This document shows positions 43,821 to 52,983 of a DNA stretch of 52,983 bases, in pieces. Position 1 is the first letter of the stretch. Every line of letters starts with the position of its first letter. This stretch comes from Candidatus Sungiibacteriota bacterium. Its GTDB lineage: Bacteria; Patescibacteriota; Minisyncoccia; Sungbacterales; HO2-52-23. A program made the position numbers and the translations under genes. Location: assembly GCA_016186095.1 (NCBI GenBank), contig JACPMG010000011.1, positions 1 through 52,983 on the forward strand, in the 5' to 3' direction. The notes under the pieces were generated by a model. That model made no database searches. It was not told the DNA's origin and saw only the letters and a list, made by a program, of their open reading frames with translations.

Positions 43821-45803
43821 ATGATTTTATTCCCAATCATTTCTTCTCTTATCTCAATTATATTCGCGCTGGTTTTAATTTATTTCATAAAAAAATATCC
43901 CACGGGGTCAGGCAAACAGATTGAAATATGGCAGGCAATCAAGGACGGGTCGCAGGCGTATTTGAAAAGACAAAATTATACGGTGGCTGTGGTCGCAATC
44001 GCGGTTGCGGCACTTCTTTGGTACTTTTTTAAATCGCAAATTGCGGTTGGTTTTATAGTGGGCGCTGTTGCCTCAACTCTGGCCGGATATTTGGGCATGA
44101 TGACCGCGGTTGATGCCAACGTGCGCACGGCCGAGGCCGCCAAATCCGGATTGCCCAAAGCATTTCGCGTGGCTTTTCTTGGAGGATCGGTCACCGGATT
44201 TTTAGTGGTGGGGCTTGGCCTTTTTTCTGTAAGCGTTTTTTACTACTTAACTCAAGACGTATCTTCGCTTATCGGACTGGCCTTTGGCGGATCTCTGATT
44301 TCTGTCTTTGCGCGCTTGGGCGGAGGAATTTATACCAAGGGTGCTGATGTTGGCGCGGATTTGGTGGGAAAGGTGGAGGCCGGAATTCCGGAAGATGATC
44401 CTCGCAATCCTGCCGTGATTGCCGATAATGTCGGCGACAATGTTGGGGATTGCGCGGGCATGGCCGCGGACCTTTTTGAGACCTACGCAGTTACGGCCAT
44501 TGCCGCCATGCTTCTGGGGTCTTTGTTATTCCCCGGAAAGGAGACTATTGTTTTACTGCCGCTGGTTATCGGAGGTATTGCGTCGCTGGCGTCAATAGCT
44601 GGGAGCTTTGCCGTGCGAGTGCATGAGGGCGGATCAATCATGGGTGGACTTTACCGCGGGCTTATTGTTTCCTCGCTTTTGTCTTTGGCGGCACTCTGGC
44701 CGGTATTTTCCATGCTGCTTGAGCGCCCGCTGGTTAACCCTTATTTTTTGGCCTCGCTCATGGGAATTTTAGTGACAGCACTCATGACTTTGGCCACGGA
44801 ATATTATACTTCCAAAAAATTCCGTCCGGTAAAATCCATTGCGCGCGCGTCCCTTACCGGACATGGGACTAATATGATTATGGGCTTGGCATTTTCGCTT
44901 GAGGCCACTGCTTTTCCCATTGTGGTGATCTCGGCCGGCATGCTTATTTCATTTCTTTTTGCCGGACTTTACGGAGTGGCTTTGGCGGCCATGACTATGC
45001 TGGCCATGGCAGGGATAATTGTGGCCATTGATTCTTTTGGGCCAATTACCGACAATGCCGGAGGAATTGCCGAGATGGCCGGACTTCCGGAAAATGTTAG
45101 AAAAGTTACTGACCCCTTGGATGCCGTGGGAAATACCACCAAGGCCATAACTAAAGGGTACGCTATCGCTTCAGCCGGACTTGCGGCACTGGTACTTTTT
45201 GCGTCTTACGTTGAGGAATTAAGAAATTTCGGCAAGGCCGTGTTTTTTGATCTTTCCGACCCTTATGTTTTGGTCGGGCTTTTTATCGGAGGCATGATGC
45301 CATATCTTTTCGGTTCCATGGCCATGCGCGCCGTGGGCAAGGCCGCGCAAGGAGTGGTGGAGGAGGTGCGAAGACAGTTTAAGGATATTCCGGGAATAAT
45401 GGAGGGAACGGCTAAGCCCCAATACGACAAAGCCGTGGATATCGTGACCAAAGCCGCGTTGCGGCAAATGATTTTGCCGGCCTTGATTCCGGTGGCCGTT
45501 CCGATTTTATTGGTCGTGGTTTTGGGATCGAACGGCGCGCAGGCACTCGGAGGGCTTCTGGTCGGGTCAATCGTTACGGGTTTATTTGTCGCTATTTCCA
45601 TGACTTCGGGCGGTGCCGCATGGGACAATGCCAAAAAATATATTGAGGAGGGAAATTATGGCGGCAAAAGATCTCCTGCTCATCAGGCCGCAGTTACCGG
45701 AGATACGGTGGGCGATCCTTATAAAGACACGGCGGGACCGGCCATAAATCCGATGATTAAGATTGTAAATATTGTGGCGCTTTTGATTGCAAGATTGCTG
45801 TAG
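43821..45803 (+). CDS. hppA: Membrane pyrophosphatase, K+-independent H+-pumping type predicted
   Basis: [55 protein letters not shown]. Confidence 0.95.
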   Translation: MILFPIISSLISIIFALVLIYFIKKYPTGSGKQIEIWQAIKDGSQAYLKRQNYTVAVVAIAVAALLWYFFKSQIAVGFIVGAVASTLAGYLGMMTAVDANVRTAEAAKSGLPKAFRVAFLGGSVTGFLVVGLGLFSVSVFYYLTQDVSSLIGLAFGGSLISVFARLGGGIYTKGADVGADLVGKVEAGIPEDDPRNPAVIADNVGDNVGDCAGMAADLFETYAVTAIAAMLLGSLLFPGKETIVLLPLVIGGIASLASIAGSFAVRVHEGGSIMGGLYRGLIVSSLLSLAALWPVFSMLLERPLVNPYFLASLMGILVTALMTLATEYYTSKKFRPVKSIARASLTGHGTNMIMGLAFSLEATAFPIVVISAGMLISFLFAGLYGVALAAMTMLAMAGIIVAIDSFGPITDNAGGIAEMAGLPENVRKVTDPLDAVGNTTKAITKGYAIASAGLAALVLFASYVEELRNFGKAVFFDLSDPYVLVGLFIGGMMPYLFGSMAMRAVGKAAQGVVEEVRRQFKDIPGIMEGTAKPQYDKAVDIVTKAALRQMILPALIPVAVPILLVVVLGSNGAQALGGLLVGSIVTGLFVAISMTSGGAAWDNAKKYIEEGNYGGKRSPAHQAAVTGDTVGDPYKDTAGPAINPMIKIVNIVALLIARLL

Positions 45804-45842
45804 GGGAAATAAAATATGTCCGACAGCCGGTGCCGGACATGA

Positions 45843-46460
45843 TTACTCGAACGCCATATCGGGATTTGACCGAACGTATTCGCCAAGAGTCATGCGCCGC
45901 AGTTTTTTCTCTAAAATTTTAAGGGCCAGGCCCCCGCTTAACATATAGCTTATCGCCTGGTTGAGGCTCAGGCTTGCATAAATTATGTCGTGTTCGGTAA
46001 GGCCGAGGGGTTTGGGAATGGGCATGTCGCCAAAAACTACCGTTATTATGTGGCCGCCGTCTTCAATCGGTATCACGCCGGTCACCACTCCGGGTGCGAA
46101 GGAGGAGGCCCCTCGATAGTATGGCGCCAGTATCACGCCTTTAGAGCGCGCGAGCGAGCGGAATTTTTTCCACTGCTCGATGACATTTACGATTTGTCCG
46201 GCTAAAGGCACTTTTCCAAGATGGCTTACCAGCCTCCAGCCGCGTTTGGTCTCGGCAATAAATCCCAAGAGCAGCGCGACCGCCATACTTACTAGAAATC
46301 CCGCAAAACGAATGTTGCGTCCGAGTATCGGCTCTAAGAGGAATTTGTTATAGAAGTTATCAAAAAACTGTACGACAAAAACTAGAAGCGTTATGGCTAT
46401 TACCGCGGGAATCTGTATAACGTAACCCATGAGTATGGCTCGTTCCAGCCACTTTCTCAT
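45843..46460 (-). CDS. DUF502-like membrane protein
   Basis: Two N-terminal TM segments, ..KVP...IV, ending SGG; GGAGG SD. Confidence 0.6.
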   Translation of the reverse strand: MRKWLERAILMGYVIQIPAVIAITLLVFVVQFFDNFYNKFLLEPILGRNIRFAGFLVSMAVALLLGFIAETKRGWRLVSHLGKVPLAGQIVNVIEQWKKFRSLARSKGVILAPYYRGASSFAPGVVTGVIPIEDGGHIITVVFGDMPIPKPLGLTEHDIIYASLSLNQAISYMLSGGLALKILEKKLRRMTLGEYVRSNPDMAFE

Positions 46461-46498
46461 CCATGCCTCCGGTTTTTTTGCTTCTTATATTCTAACCT

Positions 46499-47545
46499 AT
46501 GGAATATAAAGTAACCACTCTTCCCAAATCAGAGCTTGAAATTGTGGTTATAATCACATTTCTGGAATTTGAACCGCATGTAAAAAGGGCGGCGGTTTTA
46601 ATTTCGGAAGAAGCGGAGATTGAGGGCTTTAGAAAAGGAAAGGCGCCGTATGATATTGTCAAAAATAAATTTGGGGAGCAGGCGATTTATGAGAAAGCGG
46701 CCGAGATAGCAGTTAGGAAAACATATCCGGAGGTATTGGAGAAATTAGTTACCAGTAACCAGTTACTGGCCGCTAATCCGCCAGTTGGACGGCCGGAAAT
46801 TACCATAACGAAATTGGCGCCCGGCAATGAGTTACAGTACAAAGTAAAGTTAGCATTGCTTCCCGAAGTAAAACTTCCCGACTATAAATCCGTAGCCCGA
46901 CGCGTTAAAAAGGAGAAAAAAGAGGTTTTGGTCAGCGATGAGGAGGTGGAGAAAACTCTTAAATGGGTGCGGGAATCGCGAGCCGTGGGTGAGGGCGAGA
47001 ATAGAAAAATCCCCGAACTTACGGACGATTTTGCCAAAAGTTTGGGCGATTTTCCTTCGGTTGATGCGTTAAGATCAAACGTCCGTAGCGGACTTCAGTC
47101 CGAAAAAGAGGAGCGGGAGCGGGAGAGGATTCGTATCAGGATTCTTGAGGAAGTCGCCAAGGACTCGGGCCTTGAGGTGCCGGATGTTTTGGTGGAATCC
47201 GAGCTTGAAAAAATGTTTGCGGAGCTAAAATCCGGGGTGGAGGGCATGGGCGCTAAATGGGAGGATTACTTGGTGCATTTGAAGAAAACGCCCGAGGAAT
47301 TGCGTTCGGGTTGGCGGGAAGATGCGATAAAGCGCGTGCGCGCAGGCCTGGTTCTTCGCGAGATTGCGCGGGCGGAGAAGATTGAGCCGGGCGAGGAGGA
47401 GATTCAGGAGCGGGCAGACGCGTTTTTGAGACAATATAAATCCGCGGAGGACACAGAAAAAAACATTGACGCCGAATCGCTTCGCGAGTATACTAGAGGC
47501 ATATTGAGGAACGAGAAGGTGTTTGAATTTTTGGAAAAGCAATGA
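46499..47545 (+). CDS. tig: Trigger factor lacking the PPIase (FKBP) domain
   Basis: GFRKGKAP ribosome-binding motif; N-domain joins PELTDDFAK through a short linker; upstream of clpP. Confidence 0.92.
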   Translation: MEYKVTTLPKSELEIVVIITFLEFEPHVKRAAVLISEEAEIEGFRKGKAPYDIVKNKFGEQAIYEKAAEIAVRKTYPEVLEKLVTSNQLLAANPPVGRPEITITKLAPGNELQYKVKLALLPEVKLPDYKSVARRVKKEKKEVLVSDEEVEKTLKWVRESRAVGEGENRKIPELTDDFAKSLGDFPSVDALRSNVRSGLQSEKEERERERIRIRILEEVAKDSGLEVPDVLVESELEKMFAELKSGVEGMGAKWEDYLVHLKKTPEELRSGWREDAIKRVRAGLVLREIARAEKIEPGEEEIQERADAFLRQYKSAEDTEKNIDAESLREYTRGILRNEKVFEFLEKQ

Positions 47546-47631
47546 TGCCAATTCGATGCGAATTTAATGCCAATCTACCAATCGCGAATTCGCGATTCGC
47601 AAAATTGGCATAAGATTTGTAGATTAGCATC
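47546..47631. repeat. Degenerate 8-mer palindromic element between tig and clpP
   Basis: tgatgccaat...attggcat...attagcatca inverted ends with GCGAAT/GCCAAT units. Confidence 0.6.
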
Positions 47632-47638
47632 ACATTTC

Positions 47639-48256
47639 ATGGACGAGGAAATTTATTCCCAATATCTGATCCCCACGGTTATCGAAAAATCGCAATTTGG
47701 CGAGCGGGCTTATGATATTTATTCGCGGCTTCTCAAAGAGCGGATTGTTTTTCTGGGCGGGCCGATCGTGGATCCTATTGCCAATTCAATTATCGCGCAA
47801 CTTTTGTTTTTGGAATCGGAGGACGAAAAAAAAGATATAAAGCTTTATATCAACTCTCCGGGCGGATCGGTTCCGGCCACTTTGGCGATCTATGATACTA
47901 TGCAATACGTCAAGCCGGATGTCTCCACCATCTGTATCGGCATGGCCGCATCCGGCGCAGCCCTGCTTCTTTCTTCGGGCGCTAAGGGCAAGCGTTTTGC
48001 TCTCCCCAACTCCGAAGTTCTTATCCATCAAGTTATGGCCGGAGGCATTGAGGGACAGGCAACCGAGATTGAAATTTCGGCCAAGCACATTTTGCGCCTG
48101 AAAGAACGGCTGAATCAAATCCTTGCCAAACATACGGGCAAGCCCCTTTCGCAGGTAGAGCATGACACCGACCGCGATTTTTATATGGACACCGAAGAAG
48201 CGAAGAAGTACGGGATTATTGATGAGATTATAAAAAGAAAAGCCAATAGCAGGTAA
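47639..48256 (+). CDS. clpP: ATP-dependent Clp protease proteolytic subunit
   Basis: [28 protein letters not shown] (Ser), IHQ (His), DRDFY. Start ATG 47639. Confidence 0.97.
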   Translation: MDEEIYSQYLIPTVIEKSQFGERAYDIYSRLLKERIVFLGGPIVDPIANSIIAQLLFLESEDEKKDIKLYINSPGGSVPATLAIYDTMQYVKPDVSTICIGMAASGAALLLSSGAKGKRFALPNSEVLIHQVMAGGIEGQATEIEISAKHILRLKERLNQILAKHTGKPLSQVEHDTDRDFYMDTEEAKKYGIIDEIIKRKANSR

Positions 48257-48310
48257 CCAGCGGGTGATATCAAATTTGCGTTTAAAAAATGATCCCGACT
48301 CACGTCGGGA

Positions 48311-49111
48311 TTATTCGTCTTCAATCTCCTCAAGCGGCAAGCCGTATTTATCCGCTGCGGCGGCAAACGCCTGATTATACGCTCCTCTATCTTTTTCCTT
48401 AAGAGCCTTTGTCACCGCCTCTTCGAAAACTCTAGTTCTTACCTTCTTGCGGTAGTTCGCTAGCGCCACGTCCGCAAGTATGCCCTCCTTATAAAACAGT
48501 ATAAATCCGTCCAGATGGTTCAACATGTGCGCGCGGCCTATATCTCTGAGCTTGAGTCTTGGGTGCGGACGGGCTTCGCGTAGCCACAACACCATGGCCT
48601 CGGGAAGGGGGCTGGGCGTAAGACAGAGCATGGTTTCTCCTTCCGGAATATCCGTGAGCTCGCTTTCGATGAATTGGAAAATGCGTCCTGCTTCGTGTGA
48701 TAGGAAATTAGCTCCTATCTTGGATTGGTCTACACATTCACTGATCGCTTTTCTAAGATCAGCAAACCTTGGATTATTTTTCGGCAGTCCGTTGCTAATA
48801 GCCAACCATCCCGGCATTGATTTCTCATCCGGGAAGAGCATCCCGCTTTCTTTGACAACAGTGTCTTCGGCGCTGGTCCATAAAAGATCGCGGGCACTGC
48901 CGATTATGGCCTCGGCTGTAGCCGCGGCCAGAGGCGAGGGCGCATGAATGATTTTTCGAAAAGGAAGCCCGGGGAATTCTATTTCTGTCAGCTTTCGTAT
49001 ATATTCCAGGCCTCCTGCGCCCCTTTCTTTTAGTCCTGAGCTGGGGTCTCCTTCCACCGCGCGGGCTCCCAGTTGCATAAGCAGTACTCGCTTGACTTTA
49101 TCGGTTTTCAC
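48311..49111 (-). CDS. Hypothetical protein, probably a degenerate histidine-phosphatase fold
   Basis: RVLLMQLG at the RHG position, GL..RG, IIHAPSPLAAATAEAI resembling SP..RA..TA. Confidence 0.6.
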   Translation of the reverse strand: MKTDKVKRVLLMQLGARAVEGDPSSGLKERGAGGLEYIRKLTEIEFPGLPFRKIIHAPSPLAAATAEAIIGSARDLLWTSAEDTVVKESGMLFPDEKSMPGWLAISNGLPKNNPRFADLRKAISECVDQSKIGANFLSHEAGRIFQFIESELTDIPEGETMLCLTPSPLPEAMVLWLREARPHPRLKLRDIGRAHMLNHLDGFILFYKEGILADVALANYRKKVRTRVFEEAVTKALKEKDRGAYNQAFAAAADKYGLPLEEIEDE

Positions 49112-49223
49112 CGCATCCCCCCACTATTTAAATTGAGACAACTCCCGATACGATAGCATAAGTCCTATTCTTAGTCAAGAAAATATTGCGGCCGCAACCG
49201 CAATATTACTGTTCTTCGTGCTA

Positions 49224-49436
49224 CTATTGAAGTTGCTCAATCAAATCCGGCCACACGTGTCCTTCTCTGTTCATGCCTTCCGGAAGAATTTCGGAGGTAA
49301 CGCTTGCTTCCCGCGGGAATTCCATTGGTACCTCCGGCCGGTCGTAGGCTTCAGGATGCTGGTGGCGGAAGCACAAGTTAATCATAGGGCCCGCATCGGC
49401 CATACCTCTCTCCTTCCAGCCGGTGACTGGCTTCAT
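49224..49436 (-). CDS. Small hypothetical protein
   Basis: 70-aa ORF starting 12 nt after the gpmI stop. Confidence 0.4.
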   Translation of the reverse strand: MKPVTGWKERGMADAGPMINLCFRHQHPEAYDRPEVPMEFPREASVTSEILPEGMNREGHVWPDLIEQLQ

Positions 49437-49448
49437 AATATAAAATTC

Positions 49449-51035
49449 CTAAGTAATGTCAAACAAAATGTTTCTTCCGGTCATCTCCTGCGGTCTATCC
49501 AAATTCAGCAGTTTCAGGATCGTGGGGGCGATATCGGTGAGTATTCCGGCAACCTCTGATTTTTGTTTTAAGATTTCGGCCTCGCTCCTCGGCATTTTTC
49601 TTTGGAAATTTTTCCCCAGCAAATAAAGCGGCACCGGGTTCATGGAATGTTTGGTCAGCTTCTCCCCGCTTACCGGATCGCGCTTTAACTCTATATTGCC
49701 GTGATCCCCGGTTACGAACATAATGCCTTCACTATTTAGAACGGCGTTGAGCAACTGTCCCAGCTGTTCGTCCAGTATTTCAACTGCCTGCACCGCGGCC
49801 TTAAAGTTGCCGGAATGTCCCACCATGTCGGCATTGGCGAAATTGGCGATCACCACGTCATAGCGGCCAAAATTCTCAAGTATTTTTGAGGTGATGTCTG
49901 CGGCGCGCATCTCAGGCACATCGTCAAAGTGGGCCGTTACCACCGAGGGGACGAGGATTCTCTCTTCCCCGGCAGATGGTTTTTCTTTTCCCCCGTTGAA
50001 AAAGTAGGTAACGTGCGCGTACTTCTCTGTCTCGGCAATATGCAGGTGCTTTAGTCCCGCTTCGGAGAGTACACGCGAAAGAGGCCAGTTTACGTCAAGC
50101 GTGGAGAAAGCCGCATTGACCCGAAGACCTTTTTCGTACTCGGTCATAGTCGCGATAAACAAATTTTGGATTTTTTTCCTGGGGAAATGATCAAAAGAAT
50201 CATCCGCAAACGCATGCGTAAGCTCGCGCATGGAATCCTCGCGGAAGTTAAAGAAAATTAGCGAATCTCCCTCCCTCACTAAAGCGGGCTTGCCCGCCGT
50301 AGTTCCGGTTGCAACCGAAACGAAGGCGGGTTCTATAAACTCGTCTGTTACCCCTTTCTCATATGATTCGCGCAAATACCCGTGGATAGACGATATTTTC
50401 TTGCCTTTTTCTTCGGTAATAAGTTCGTAGCAAGCGCGTACCCGGTCCCATTTCTCGTCGCGGTCCATGGCGTAAAATCTCCCGATGACCGAAGAAAAGT
50501 GGGCATTGGGCCACTCTTGATTTATTCGTTCCTCTAGTATTTTAAGAAATTTTGCCCCTTCTTCGGGAGGAGCGTCTTTCCCGTCAGTGAATATATGGAG
50601 AAACACCCGTTCAAGTTTCTCCCGCTTGGCAAGTTCAAGCAGCGCGTAGAAGTGATCGATGTAACTATGCACCGAGCCGGAAGAAATTAATCCAGCCAAA
50701 TGAAGGCTTGATTTGTTCCGCTGTACGTGCGCCATTGCCTTAAGAAAGGCCTCATTGGAAAAAAATGTTCCGTCATATATTGAGTTTATAATACGCGGGA
50801 GATGATGATATATTACGCGTCCCGCGCCCATGGTAAGGTGGCCGACTTCAGAATTTCCCGCCTCACCCCAAGGAAGTCCGACGGCAACGCCGGATGCCTG
50901 GAGCGTCGTAAAAGGAAAATTACGCTCGATCTCGTCAAGCGTTGGCGTACGCGCGTGAGCCACCGGGTTGCCCTCTTTTTCCAGGGATACGCCAAAGCCG
51001 TCTAGAATTATGAGAAGCAATGGTTTGGGCCGCAT
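49449..51035 (-). CDS. gpmI: 2,3-bisphosphoglycerate-independent phosphoglycerate mutase
   Basis: LIILDG, GNSEVGH, GRFYAMDRD, ETEKYAHVTYFFNGG, DMVGH, DHGN. Confidence 0.97.
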   Translation of the reverse strand: MRPKPLLLIILDGFGVSLEKEGNPVAHARTPTLDEIERNFPFTTLQASGVAVGLPWGEAGNSEVGHLTMGAGRVIYHHLPRIINSIYDGTFFSNEAFLKAMAHVQRNKSSLHLAGLISSGSVHSYIDHFYALLELAKREKLERVFLHIFTDGKDAPPEEGAKFLKILEERINQEWPNAHFSSVIGRFYAMDRDEKWDRVRACYELITEEKGKKISSIHGYLRESYEKGVTDEFIEPAFVSVATGTTAGKPALVREGDSLIFFNFREDSMRELTHAFADDSFDHFPRKKIQNLFIATMTEYEKGLRVNAAFSTLDVNWPLSRVLSEAGLKHLHIAETEKYAHVTYFFNGGKEKPSAGEERILVPSVVTAHFDDVPEMRAADITSKILENFGRYDVVIANFANADMVGHSGNFKAAVQAVEILDEQLGQLLNAVLNSEGIMFVTGDHGNIELKRDPVSGEKLTKHSMNPVPLYLLGKNFQRKMPRSEAEILKQKSEVAGILTDIAPTILKLLNLDRPQEMTGRNILFDIT

Positions 51036-51080
51036 GAAAGTAATTGTAGCATAAAGTTTATCCGGCTGTCTTAGTAGATA

Positions 51081-51109
51081 TTGACTTTGAAACCAGCTTT
51101 TGTTATACT
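51081..51109 (+). promoter_or_regulatory. Sigma70 promoter with extended -10
   Basis: TTGACT-N17-TATACT with TG at 51101-51102. Confidence 0.75.
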
Positions 51110-51159
51110 GCGGTTATATATTTTGAGATTTAATCTATATTGTCAATAGCCAAAACTGT

Positions 51160-51348
51160 CGCGATACCCTTTGGCAGGATTTCTAGATTATTCCGCTTAA
51201 TATGTCATTTTTCTTTGGGGATAAAAAGTCCATGGTATACTCTCTTCAAAGACCTTCGGAAAACCGGGGGCTATTAAGCTGAGACGCAGTTCCAACGAGG
51301 AACTGCTAATATCGTTTTCTCCTGCCGATCACGATTAGGGTATCGTGC
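51160..51348 (+). ncRNA. ssrS: Probable 6S RNA
   Basis: ~188-nt rod: gcgataccct/agggtatcgt, ggcagga/tcctgcc, central bubble with a 3' hairpin, gcttaata/tattaagc; lies between a promoter and rny. Confidence 0.65.
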
Positions 51349-51364
51349 CAATTTTCATTTCATC

Positions 51365-52888
51365 ATGAACTATATTTTGATTATCGGAGGCGGAGCATTG
51401 ATTCTGGGCGTTGCGGCCGGTTATTTTATCCGTCAGCTAATCGCCCAGCAGCGTAAATCATCGATTGAGGCTAAACTGCGTAAGCTCATAGAGGATTCCA
51501 AATCCGAAGCCAAGGAAATTCTGCTTGAATCTAAAGAAAAGGCGGCCAAGGTTTTGGATGAGGCGAAGCACGAAGAAAAAGAGCGTCTAGCCCAGCTTCG
51601 GAAACTGGAAGAGCGTCTGATCGGGCGGGAAACGGCTGTGGATAGGAGAGTGGGTGATTTTGAAAGGAAGGAAAGAGAATTTGACGAACAGGTGGCCAAA
51701 GTCAAGGCCATAAAATCGGAGATAGAAACTAGAAGAGGGGAATTGGTCAAAGAGCTGGAACGCGTCTCCGGCCTTTCGCAAAAAGAAGCTCAAGAGGAGC
51801 TTATGAAGCTGATTGAAAAAGACCATGGCGAGGACATGATGATGCGCGTAAAGAAATTTGAGCAATCCGGCATGGAAGATTTGGAGCGCCGCGCCAAAAA
51901 TACTCTAGCGGCTTTAATCCAGCGTTTGGCCACCTCAACGACATCCGAGGTTACCACCACTACGGTTTCCATACCTTCGGACGATCTTAAAGGAAAAATC
52001 ATTGGGCGCGAGGGCCGAAATATTAAAGCTCTGGAGCGGGCCGCCGGAGTGGAAATAATTGTTGATGATACCCCCGGATCCATTGTGATTTCCGGCTTTG
52101 ATCCGGTACGTAGGCAGATTGCCAAAGCGGCTCTCGAGATGCTGATTCAAGACGGGAGGATCCAGCCTGCTCGTATTGAGGAGACGGTAGAGAGGGCGCG
52201 CGAGGAGATAGAGAAATTGATAAAAGAGGCCGGGGAACAGGCCGCCTATGAGGTAGGGGCGTTTAATCTTGATCCGCGGCTTTTGACACTTCTTGGCCGC
52301 CTCAGGTTCCGGACAAGCTACGGACAAAATGTTTTACAGCATTCAATTGAGATGGCGTATTTGGCGGGTATGCTTGCTAGCGAAGTGGGGGGAGACGTGG
52401 CCGTAGCCAAAATGGGAGCGCTTCTACACGATATCGGCAAAGCTGTTGATCATGAGGTCACCGGAACCCACGTCGAAATTGGCCGCAGAATTTTGCAGAA
52501 ATTCGGAGTGGATACAAAAGTGATTCAGGCCATGCAGTCGCATCATGAGGAATATCCGTACGAGACGCTTGAATCTATAATTGTGCAGACCGTAGACGCG
52601 ATTTCCGCTTCTCGCCCGGGAGCGCGGCGCGATTCTATTGAGAATTATCTTAAACGGTTGGAGGACTTGGAGCGGATTGCCACCTCTTTCCCCGGAGTTG
52701 AAAAAGCCTACGCGATTTCCGCAGGAAGGGAAATCAGAATCTTTGTGACCCCAGATAAGATAAGCGATTTGGAAGCTAGGGATTTGGCGAGAAACGTGGC
52801 TATACAAGTTGAAAGAGAGTTGAAGTATCCGGGAGAGATTAAAGTAAACGTGATACGTGAAACCAGAGTGATCGAGTACGCAAGGTAA
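51365..52888 (+). CDS. rny: Ribonuclease Y
   Basis: N-terminal TM, coiled coil, KH (KGKIIGREGRNI), HD (RTSYGQNVLQHS, LHDIGK, DAISASRPGAR). Confidence 0.97.
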   Translation: MNYILIIGGGALILGVAAGYFIRQLIAQQRKSSIEAKLRKLIEDSKSEAKEILLESKEKAAKVLDEAKHEEKERLAQLRKLEERLIGRETAVDRRVGDFERKEREFDEQVAKVKAIKSEIETRRGELVKELERVSGLSQKEAQEELMKLIEKDHGEDMMMRVKKFEQSGMEDLERRAKNTLAALIQRLATSTTSEVTTTTVSIPSDDLKGKIIGREGRNIKALERAAGVEIIVDDTPGSIVISGFDPVRRQIAKAALEMLIQDGRIQPARIEETVERAREEIEKLIKEAGEQAAYEVGAFNLDPRLLTLLGRLRFRTSYGQNVLQHSIEMAYLAGMLASEVGGDVAVAKMGALLHDIGKAVDHEVTGTHVEIGRRILQKFGVDTKVIQAMQSHHEEYPYETLESIIVQTVDAISASRPGARRDSIENYLKRLEDLERIATSFPGVEKAYAISAGREIRIFVTPDKISDLEARDLARNVAIQVERELKYPGEIKVNVIRETRVIEYAR

Positions 52889-52894
52889 TCATCA

Positions 52895-52933
52895 AAATCT
52901 AAAAAACGCCCGATTAGGGCGTTTTTTAGATTT
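52895..52933. terminator. Intrinsic terminator after rny
   Basis: aaatctaaaaaacgccc-gatta-gggcgttttttagattt. Confidence 0.75.
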
Positions 52934-52983
52934 AAGACATTTTAGGGAGCTATTATTTTTCCTACCAAAGTGCAGCTGTACGT

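Noticed and set aside
47567..47638. N-terminal extension of ClpP
   Set aside because: It is a translation of the intergenic repeat element; ATG 47639 fits the family start.
52950..52983. 3' end of a convergent gene at the right edge
   Set aside because: Too little sequence to identify.

Overview
This 53-kb window looks like a Patescibacteria (CPR, probably Parcubacteria) chromosome segment read with genetic code 11; the taxon is inferred from gene content and protein style. It holds core genes (partial tmk, rplK-nusG-secE, gyrB, pheS/pheT, three tRNAs, gatCA, an ATP-dependent DNA ligase, nusA, hppA, tig-clpP, gpmI, rny). It also has an ~15-kb type IV pilus/competence locus (six pilins, PilD, PilC, PilT, two PilB-like ATPases, PilMNO, ComF), an adjacent two-component cluster, and an accessory peptidase/aminotransferase island (class III aminotransferase, M16, M14/AstE, TldE, TldD). 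The most notable observations: (1) short palindromic and 7/8-mer repeat elements sit at most pilus-locus gene junctions, some with fixed spacing to stop and start codons, and related inserts occur in pilin leaders and in loops of essential genes; (2) the PheRS has apparently coordinated substitutions in both its amino-acid pocket and its editing site; (3) a probable unannotated 6S RNA lies upstream of rny; (4) the initiator-like tRNA has a non-canonical elbow; (5) several genes carry short deletions or frameshifts that may be real decay or assembly errors. All calls were made by eye from motifs; no searches were run.
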